From Candidatus Micrarchaeota archaeon (GTDB taxonomy: Archaea; Iainarchaeota; Iainarchaeia; Iainarchaeales; 1-14-0-10-31-34): a stretch of DNA of 59,972 nt. Shown one piece after another: positions 44,107-51,385 of the stretch. Each line of letters begins with the position of its first letter. Position 1 is the first letter of the stretch. The stretch covers positions 1 to 59,972 of the forward strand of contig JAHJUD010000009.1 of NCBI GenBank assembly GCA_018829335.1. The letters run 5' to 3'. The notes beneath the pieces were generated by a model. It searched no databases. It saw nothing but the letters and a program-made list of their open reading frames with translations, and was not told the DNA's origin. The position numbers and the translations under genes were made by a program.

Positions 44107-46629
44107 TCAAATTCCTGCTTCTTTTTTCAAAACTTCAGCTTTATCAGTTTTTTCCCAGGTAAAATCTGGATCATCTCTTCCAAAATGCCCGTAAGCTGCA
44201 GTCTTCTTATAAATCGGCCTCTTCAAATTAAGGTGCTTTAAGATTCCAGCAGGCTTTAAAGGAAAAATTTTCCTGACCAATTCACAGATTTTTTCCTCTG
44301 AAATTTTCCCTGAACCAAAAGTATCAACATGCAGGGAAACAGGATCAGGATGGCCAATAGCATAAGCTAGTTGTATTTCACATTTATCTGCAAGACCTGA
44401 AGCAACAATATTTTTTGCAATATATCTTGCCATATAAGCAGCGCTCCTGTCAACTTTGCTTGGGTCTTTACCTGAATTATGACAAACAAAACCGTTGGCA
44501 GTAAAAGTGTGGCTTTTTGGGACAAGCAAATCATATACATGAGTTAAAGAGTTTTCTATTTCTTCAACCCCAGAGTAATAATGATTCATTTTGCATAAAA
44601 GTTCCAGTTCCTTAAACTCTTTTTCTTCTCCCAACTTATTTCTGTAGATTTCTAAAAATTCTCTTAATTTTTGACAAGTTAACTCTTTTGTTGTTTTTCC
44701 TTTTTTGCTTCTTGTGAATCTTCCGATTTTTGCTTTATCTAACTGATGATCCTCTAATGAAAGCTTTTGCCACAAACTTTTGATTCTCTTTTGTTGGCGG
44801 GGTACAACAAAAAGATTTCTTTTTTCTTTTAACTTCAGGTTGTCTAAAATTTTTTGCTTTCTTGGCAGTCCAAAACCTATTTCTTCCTTAAAAATTCTGA
44901 CACTTTCAGCGCCTTTAATTCTTAATGCGTAAATAATTCTTCTTGTAGTTGCCTCTCTGTCTTTGATTCTGAACACGGTTCCTATTTTATCAGTTTTTTG
45001 TATTCTTGAAATTATGCCAAAACTCAAAAGCAGTTGTTGAATTTGCTGAATCAAAGTGTAAGATGATGAAACCAATTTAATATCAGGAAAATTTTTATTT
45101 CTTCCATGAATTCGTATCCCTCCATCAGTGTCAAATAAACCTCTAATAAATGCTGCTACAACTTTCTTTGGTGCCTTAAATATTTTTTCTGGAACACTTT
45201 TCTCCCAAGATCTCCTGTAATCAAGTCCAATATGTTTCAGATAAGCTCTTAACTCAACTCCTGCAACATAAGCCCAATGCCCAAAAATCTTCCATTTGTT
45301 TCCAAAAAGTTTTTTATACAAATTCCCTAAATTTTCCTTTTGTTCTTTTTCACAAACACAAATGGCTATTGCGCCTTCCATCATACAATTACCATCGCCT
45401 ATAAGTGACCCAAGCAGATAAGCATAATCTTCTGTCAGTTCTTTTGGAAAGGAAAACTTATTTTTCCTTGCTTCGGCAGTGCTCTCTTTATAGGTATAAG
45501 TAAAATCACTCAAATCAACTCTTTCTCCAAACAGCCTATTGCTTTTGTGAATAGCCACAGAATCTCCTTTCTTAAGCTGATCCATTCTTTTCCAAATATA
45601 ATTTCCATTATTGTCAATAACCCTGACAGCCTGATTATTTGAGCCCTCCAAAGAATAACCATCTTCTGACCTAACAACAAGAGTTTCCATTACGCCATTG
45701 TCATACCATTCTTTTGCAGGTTCAGGATGAACATCTGTTTTAACTAGCAAGTGGTTATCCACGGTTTCTTTCATTTCTTTAATTAGCTCTAGGCCTTTGG
45801 CAGTATTAACCAAAGAGTTTCCTTCAACACAAAAAGCGCCTCCTCCATGCCTGCCTATTCCTCCATAAGTGTCAACAATAATTTTTCTTCCTGTTAAGCC
45901 TGCATCAGCATAAGGGCCTCCTCGAACAAAAGCTCCTGTTGGATTAACAAAAAATTTTGTTTCAGAGTCAATCCATTCTTTGCAGACAGGCTTAATTATT
46001 TTTTCAATTATTTTTTGCTGTAATTCCTTATAAGGAATGTTTTCATCATGCTGGGTTGAAACAACAACTGCATCAACCCTTAAAGGCTTTCCATTCTTGT
46101 CGTATTCAACTGTAACCTGGCTTTTACCGTCAGGCCTTAAAAAAGTTAATTCATTGCTTTTCCTTACTTCAGCTAATTTCATGCATAATTTATGTGCAAG
46201 ACTAATAGTCAAAGGCATTAACTCTGGAGTTTCATTGCAGGCAAAACCAAACATCATTCCCTGGTCGCCGGCACCCTGCTCTTTTGTCTGGCTTGTGGTT
46301 TCATTTACGCCTAAAGCAATGTCAGGGCTTTGCTCGGTAATCTGGGTCCACACAGAACAGGTTTCATACTCTATTCCGTATTCAGATTTAGTGTAACCTA
46401 TTTCTTTTATTGTTTCTCTTACCACAGAAGGAATATCAACATAAGCTTTAGTTGTAATCTCGCCAAAAACATTTACTCCGCCGTTTTTGGCTGAAGTTTC
46501 ACAGGCAACCCTTGCATCAGGATCCTGCTCAAGAATTGCATCAAGAATTGCATCAGAGATTTTATCAGACATCTTGTCAGGGTGCCCTTCAGTAACAGAC
46601 TCAGAAGTCAATAAAATTTTTTCAGCCAT
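44107..46629 (-). CDS. metK: S-adenosylmethionine synthetase (bacterial/eukaryotic MetK type) precursor containing an intein
   Basis: ATG at 46629 ([19 protein letters not shown]). [15 protein letters not shown], and GGGAF|intein|[14 protein letters not shown]. The exteins sum to 388 aa. The 112-aa upstream extension of the track ORF is rejected. Confidence 0.9.
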   Translation of the reverse strand: MAEKILLTSESVTEGHPDKMSDKISDAILDAILEQDPDARVACETSAKNGGVNVFGEITTKAYVDIPSVVRETIKEIGYTKSEYGIEYETCSVWTQITEQSPDIALGVNETTSQTKEQGAGDQGMMFGFACNETPELMPLTISLAHKLCMKLAEVRKSNELTFLRPDGKSQVTVEYDKNGKPLRVDAVVVSTQHDENIPYKELQQKIIEKIIKPVCKEWIDSETKFFVNPTGAFVRGGPYADAGLTGRKIIVDTYGGIGRHGGGAFCVEGNSLVNTAKGLELIKEMKETVDNHLLVKTDVHPEPAKEWYDNGVMETLVVRSEDGYSLEGSNNQAVRVIDNNGNYIWKRMDQLKKGDSVAIHKSNRLFGERVDLSDFTYTYKESTAEARKNKFSFPKELTEDYAYLLGSLIGDGNCMMEGAIAICVCEKEQKENLGNLYKKLFGNKWKIFGHWAYVAGVELRAYLKHIGLDYRRSWEKSVPEKIFKAPKKVVAAFIRGLFDTDGGIRIHGRNKNFPDIKLVSSSYTLIQQIQQLLLSFGIISRIQKTDKIGTVFRIKDREATTRRIIYALRIKGAESVRIFKEEIGFGLPRKQKILDNLKLKEKRNLFVVPRQQKRIKSLWQKLSLEDHQLDKAKIGRFTRSKKGKTTKELTCQKLREFLEIYRNKLGEEKEFKELELLCKMNHYYSGVEEIENSLTHVYDLLVPKSHTFTANGFVCHNSGKDPSKVDRSAAYMARYIAKNIVASGLADKCEIQLAYAIGHPDPVSLHVDTFGSGKISEEKICELVRKIFPLKPAGILKHLNLKRPIYKKTAAYGHFGRDDPDFTWEKTDKAEVLKKEAGI
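44476..45831 (-). mobile_element. Intein (452 aa) with LAGLIDADG homing-endonuclease domain
   Basis: Starts with Cys (tgt at 45829-45831; CVEGNSLV). LAGLIDADG motifs [11 protein letters not shown] and [11 protein letters not shown]. Ends [21 protein letters not shown] (aat at 44476-44478), followed by Ser+1. Confidence 0.9.
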
Positions 46630-46735
46630 AAAAATTCCCCCATAAAGAAACAATAAAAATAATGAAAGAAGAATACATTTAAAAGAATAATTTAGAATAA
46701 AATTATTCAAATAAGAATAAAGAGAAGTGATTGCC

Positions 46736-47293
46736 ATGCTTCCGGACTTAAGCGAGATAAAAATAAAAAGAAAAGAGCTGAATTTAACACAAGAAGAACT
46801 TTCAGAATTAAGCAAAGTCCCGCAGTCAATTATAGCAAAAATTGAAAACCATAAAATTTCCCCTTCATATGAAAGCGCAAAAAAAATTTTTGATGTTTTA
46901 GGCAAAGAAAACAAAAAAAAGCAGACTGCAAGAAATGTGATGAGCAAAAACCTTATTTCAATCAAAGAAAACGAAAAAGCAGAAAAAGCAATTTATCTGA
47001 TGAACAGGCATGGAATAAGCCAGCTGCCTGTAATGAAAAAAGACATTCCAATCGGCACAATAACAGAAAAAACCCTTGTAGAAAAAATCAGTTCAGGTAA
47101 AGTAAGGAGTTCAGACAAGGCTTCAGACTTAATGCAGGAAAGCCTGCCAATAATTGAATCAAACTCTGAAATTGAAGCAGTTTCTGCCATGCTGAAATAT
47201 TATTCTGCTGTATTAGTAAAAGAAAAAGACAAAATAATCGGAATAATTACAAGAACAGATGTAATCAGGAAATCCATTAACAGGAAAAACTGA
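46736..47293 (+). CDS. Transcriptional regulator: XRE-type HTH fused to a CBS-domain pair
   Basis: ATG at 46736 (the track start at 46727 is GTG). [23 protein letters not shown] is the HTH. It is followed by two CBS-like repeats ([17 protein letters not shown]; [15 protein letters not shown]). Confidence 0.8.
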   Translation: MLPDLSEIKIKRKELNLTQEELSELSKVPQSIIAKIENHKISPSYESAKKIFDVLGKENKKKQTARNVMSKNLISIKENEKAEKAIYLMNRHGISQLPVMKKDIPIGTITEKTLVEKISSGKVRSSDKASDLMQESLPIIESNSEIEAVSAMLKYYSAVLVKEKDKIIGIITRTDVIRKSINRKN

Positions 47294-47303
47294 AAGAAAG
47301 AAA

Positions 47304-47913
47304 TCAAGCTGGCAGTTTAGATCGTGTGTGTGGAAAGAAGTCCTTTGCAACCTTAAGCTGTTCAAAAATATTTTTTTCTCCTGCTAATCCCTCTGCCAAA
47401 GCCGATTGAGTTCTTTCATTACTAAAACACCCTTTAGCCCAACAATGTGCTAAAAGGCGATTTAGCAACCCATTTGCTTGGCTGGAGTTATTTTCAATAA
47501 AATCTGTATAGTTTATCAAAAGGTTCATAAGTTTGTTTTTTTGAGTTATAATCCTTAATCAAACCTGATAAAGCTTTTTTTTCAGCTTCACTTAAAGGCA
47601 AAGGACGTTTAAATTTACTGCCTTTAAGCTTTTTAATGCGCCTTAAAAACATTGCTTTGTCTTCAGCAAGGCTTCTGGCTTTTTTGAGTCCATACCTAAA
47701 AATGAGTTCTCTTCTCTTTGCCCTGCCTTCTCGCGCAGCCTTTAATGCTTTCACTGTTTTCCTGATTTTTCCAAATCTTTCTGCAGTAACAGAGCCTGCT
47801 TTAATCCTGCTAGGATAATGTTTTTTAGGGCGAACTAAAACTTCGCCACTAGGACCTAAAACAGTTCCTTTAGGGTAAGTCCTTTGAACAGGTTTTTTTT
47901 GGAGGTAATTTTC
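47304..47913 (-). pseudogene. Decayed gene: open frame without canonical start plus a +1 frameshift at an A7 run
   Basis: The frame is open from 47913 (ENYLQKKPVQRTYPKG..) with no ATG/GTG/TTG until the GTG at 47754. The 86-aa and 74-aa track ORFs overlap. Removing one A from the A7 run (T7 at 47536-47542) joins ..IKDYNSK to NKLMNLLINYTDF.. Confidence 0.5.
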
Positions 47914-48051
47914 CTATGTAAAAATATATGCTTTGATTATATAAAAAACTATGTGCACTTTTGTCAGATTTTTTCTTTTATCAAAATACAATTTTATTCT
48001 TTCGTTCATTGACGAAAGCAAACTTATTTATATTGTAATTTATTTAATATC

Positions 48052-48270
48052 ATGGAGAACATGAATTTTAATTCTGACTTCAAAAATTATGATTATTATG
48101 TTAATGCAGATTTAACAGTTTATGCAGGAGAATGGGTTGCAATAATAAACAAAAAAGTTGTAGCACATGAAAAAAGCGTCAAGAAACTAATAAGCAAAGT
48201 AAAAGAAAGTTATCCAAAAATAACCCCTTTTGTTGTTAAAGTGCCTGCAAAAGAAATACTAATATGGTAA
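48052..48270 (+). CDS. Small protein of the GEWVAI type (DUF5678-like)
   Basis: 72 aa. YAGEWVAIINKKVVAHEKSVKKLISKVKESYPKITPFVVKVP resembles the small archaeal family often found next to retropepsin-like proteases. The family name is from memory. Confidence 0.5.
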   Translation: MENMNFNSDFKNYDYYVNADLTVYAGEWVAIINKKVVAHEKSVKKLISKVKESYPKITPFVVKVPAKEILIW

Positions 48271-48274
48271 TCAA

Positions 48275-48687
48275 ATGACTCTTTCTTTCAGGTATAGAAA
48301 AGAAATTTTTAAAAACAAGCAAGCATATTTCCCTAAAATTCCAGTTTTATTGCACAATAAAGGGATTGCCTTTAAAATACTGCTGCATTGCTTGATTCAG
48401 GTGCAACAGACATTTTTATTCCAAGAGAAATTGCAGACACACTAAGCTTAAAGCTTCAGAATCCTGACACTGCGGACAGCTGGACAGGAGAATTCAAAAT
48501 ATGGCAGTCAAATACAGGAATTGTTGTAGGAAAAGGAAGCCAGACTTTCAGGAAAATTCTCCCATGCACTGTTCCAGATAAAGAAAGAGAAAACCAGGAA
48601 GTTGTTTTTGGAAGAAGCTTCTTTAAGTTTTTTGAAATAACATTCAACGAAAACAAGAAAACAACAAAATTAAAGAAAATCAATTAA
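48275..48687 (+). pseudogene. Retropepsin-like aspartic protease, disrupted by two +1 frameshifts in A-runs
   Basis: ATG at 48275 (MTLSFRYRK) stops at 48311. The frame-shifted continuation reads KEIFKNKQAYFPKIPVLLHNKGLPL. A third frame carries NTAALLDSGATDIFIPREIA.. (the D-S-G-A active site) through to 48687. Deleting one A at 48298-48302 and one at 48374-48377 restores a protease of about 137 aa. Confidence 0.65.
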
Positions 48688-48805
48688 CTGCACCCACGCC
48701 TTACAAAAATACCTTTTTAACCGTAAGCAGTTATATTTAAATACTTGTTTTAACTCTATAGTAATAACATTATATACATAAATGCGGGTTTTTCTGGGGG
48801 GCAAA

Positions 48806-49585
48806 ATGAACTCAAAATATTTGATTGCATTAGGCATTTTTATTCTCTTTTTCTCAGGAGTTAATGCATTGGTTTCAGAGGCAACAAACCACTTGAATTT
48901 TTATGAAGAGCCTAAAACCTTTTCTTTTGAAGTGGAAAACGATTCAGGAAATTCACAGGAATTAAGTGTTCAGGTTTATTCTCCTTTAAGCTATGAAATT
49001 TCTGGTGCAAGAAATACATTAGATGCAGGTGAAACTGTTTTAATTGAAATAACTTTTTTTCCTGAAAAAAGGTTCATTAACTCTTCATATAAAACCACTA
49101 TATATATAGAGTTAGGAAAAGAAAAAGTGAAAAAAGAGGTTTCAATGAGCTTTAATGAAAGAATGAACTGTCCTGTTGTTTTCAGCGCAGAACAAAATTC
49201 AGGAAAACTTGAATTGACTGCATTTAATTCAAGTACAGAAGAAATGAATTTTGAAGTAAAAGGATTCAAGGAAACAGGAAACTGGAATGTTGAAGAAAAA
49301 AGCTTTTTGCTTGAAGCAGGAGAAGAAAAAAAAGTTTCTTTAAGCCTGACAGGGTTTGGAGACGAAAAAAATTTTTTGGTTATTGCATGCACTGGATTTG
49401 AAGAAGAAGTTGAAGTTGAACTTAAAGGCAGCTCTAATCCTGTTAATGCAACAGGAAATTTTCTTGTCGCAGGTTTAGGGGAAATTTTTTCTCCGGTTAA
49501 TTTAATTCTGGCTGTTATTGCAGCAATTCTTTTGATTGTATTTATTTCAAGACTAGTAAAAAGAATTCAGGGGGAAGAACAATGA
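48806..49585 (+). CDS. Secreted, C-terminally anchored protein with about 2 NEW3/CARDB-like beta-sandwich repeats
   Basis: I prefer the ATG at 48806 (MNSKYLIALGIFILFFSGVNA signal peptide), preceded by gggggg. C-terminal TGNFLVAGLG plus a TM and a short basic/acidic tail. Confidence 0.7.
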   Translation: MNSKYLIALGIFILFFSGVNALVSEATNHLNFYEEPKTFSFEVENDSGNSQELSVQVYSPLSYEISGARNTLDAGETVLIEITFFPEKRFINSSYKTTIYIELGKEKVKKEVSMSFNERMNCPVVFSAEQNSGKLELTAFNSSTEEMNFEVKGFKETGNWNVEEKSFLLEAGEEKKVSLSLTGFGDEKNFLVIACTGFEEEVEVELKGSSNPVNATGNFLVAGLGEIFSPVNLILAVIAAILLIVFISRLVKRIQGEEQ

Positions 49586-51384
49586 AAAAACAATTGATTG
49601 CAGTAATTTTTCTTTTGACTTTAATTTCAAGCGCTAATGCTTTGATTATGCCTTATAAAAACGAGATAACTATTTCTCCAAGCGAGGCTTTTTCTTTGCC
49701 TGTAAGAATTTTGAATGAATCTGATTCAAAAGAATTAATCCATTTAAGGGTTTTAACTGATTTGGAAGCAGAGTTTGCTGAAAACGATTTTTACTTAAAT
49801 GCAGGAGAAGAAACAACTATTGCATTGAATTTAATGCCATATCATTTTTTTGGCTCTCATACAGTAAACCTTATTGCAGAATATCCTGAACAGGGCTTTT
49901 CACAGAATGCATGGCTGACTGTGAATATAAGCCAGGGAAATGAATTAGAGTTAAGGTATTACAGGCAGAACATCTGCAACAATACACTTGATTCATTGAA
50001 TTTATGGGTTAAAAACAATTCTTTAGGGGGAAAAAGAATTAATTTAACTGCAAGCTCTGAAGTGTTTAATCCAAGCTTAGACAAAGATTACCTTGAATTG
50101 CAGTCAGGAGAAGAAAAATTAGTTAAAGTAGAGCTTTATTCTGACAAGACTTTTCCTTTGGACGATTATTCTGTTGTAGTTTTTGCTGAAACAGACAGCA
50201 CAATTATTTCAAAAGAATTGTTTTTTGATTTAGTTGAATGCATTCAGCCAAAAAAACCTTTTATTTTAACTTTGAATGCAAATGAATTCAGCTTAAAAAA
50301 AGAAGAAACCAGAAAAATTTATTTCACTGTAAGGAATCTGGATGAAGAAAGCAATGAAATCCAGTTTGCAGTCAAATCAGACCTTAAAACAAAATTACAG
50401 CAAAATATTTCAGTTCTTGACGGAGAAGAAACAAGGACTTTCTGGCTTGAAGTTGAAGCATTAAAAGGAAATGACACCGGAAAACATAAAGTTGAATTAT
50501 ATGCTTTCAACCAGTTCAATGACACAAAAAAAGTTTTTTATGTTGACGTAATTGGCTTGCATGAAGTTACTTCAACTTTGCTTACTTCTCATCCTGAAAT
50601 ACAAAGAGGGCAATCAAAGATTTTCACTTTGCTTGTGGAAAACAAAGGAGATTTCAGGGAAAGAATTGAATTAAGAGAATACTCTGACGAAGAAATTAAT
50701 GTTAATTTATCAGAAGAAAATTTTTATCTTAACACAAAAGAAAGCAAAAAAGTTTATCTTTCAGTTAATCCATTGCTTGATTCAGAATTAGGCAACAAAA
50801 AAATACGCGTTAACATTAAAGGAAAAGATATTTACCTGAAATTCAAGGTAGTAAAAGAAGAAAAGCCTTTAATCGAAGAAGGCATGATTGAGTTGCTTTC
50901 AGTGCCTGAAAAAGTCACTTTAACCGAAAAAGAAGCCAAAATAACTGTTGTAATTAAAAACATTTCAGGGGAAAAGATTGAAAATGTAGTGTTTTGGATT
51001 GAAGGACTTCCTGAAGGAGTTTACTTTAATTCAGTTCTCTCAAAAAACATTGAAATAAATAATTCAAGGGAATTAATGGGAAAACTGCTTTTGGATCAAG
51101 AAAACGCAGTTAAAGGAACTTACACAATAAAATTGGTTTTTGAGAATTCAGGATTCAGACAAGAAAAAGAAATACAGCTTGTTGTATTAGAAGAAGAAAC
51201 ACAAGAAGAAAAACAAGAAAAAGAAAAACAAGAAAATCCCGGCTTTATTGCAGGATTGTTTTCTCTTGCAACCTCGCAATTTATTGGATTGCTTGTGATT
51301 GCATTAGTTATATTGATTTTGCTTTTCAGCCCTGGAAACAGGAAAGAAAGATGGCAGAAAAAAAAGGAAATACAGGGGGAATAA
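49582..51384 (+). CDS. Secreted, C-terminally anchored protein with about 5 NEW3/CARDB-like repeats
   Basis: 600 aa. Signal peptide. Repeats of the form V(K/E/R)N.(G/S)....i.L....... C-terminal NPGFIAGLFS plus a TM and an RKERWQKKKE tail. ATGA overlap with the upstream gene. Confidence 0.75.
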   Translation: MKKQLIAVIFLLTLISSANALIMPYKNEITISPSEAFSLPVRILNESDSKELIHLRVLTDLEAEFAENDFYLNAGEETTIALNLMPYHFFGSHTVNLIAEYPEQGFSQNAWLTVNISQGNELELRYYRQNICNNTLDSLNLWVKNNSLGGKRINLTASSEVFNPSLDKDYLELQSGEEKLVKVELYSDKTFPLDDYSVVVFAETDSTIISKELFFDLVECIQPKKPFILTLNANEFSLKKEETRKIYFTVRNLDEESNEIQFAVKSDLKTKLQQNISVLDGEETRTFWLEVEALKGNDTGKHKVELYAFNQFNDTKKVFYVDVIGLHEVTSTLLTSHPEIQRGQSKIFTLLVENKGDFRERIELREYSDEEINVNLSEENFYLNTKESKKVYLSVNPLLDSELGNKKIRVNIKGKDIYLKFKVVKEEKPLIEEGMIELLSVPEKVTLTEKEAKITVVIKNISGEKIENVVFWIEGLPEGVYFNSVLSKNIEINNSRELMGKLLLDQENAVKGTYTIKLVFENSGFRQEKEIQLVVLEEETQEEKQEKEKQENPGFIAGLFSLATSQFIGLLVIALVILILLFSPGNRKERWQKKKEIQGE

Positions 51385-51385
51385 A

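Noticed and set aside
46630-46965. 112-aa N-terminal extension of the metK ORF in the six-frame track ([14 protein letters not shown]...)
   Set aside because: It is hydrophobic, low-complexity sequence with no MetK counterpart. It runs through the divergent promoter spacer and overlaps the start of the HTH-CBS gene. The canonical MetK N-terminus ([19 protein letters not shown]) starts at the ATG at 46629, preceded by a ggggg motif.
51230-51384. NPGF + TM + basic tail of the 600-aa protein as a bona fide PGF-CTERM/archaeosortase signal
   Set aside because: The motif is suggestive, but about 17 residues follow the TM helix, longer than a canonical PGF-CTERM tail. The two paralogues have TGNF and GTGF instead of PGF, and no archaeosortase is in the window. 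It is kept only as a caveated hypothesis.
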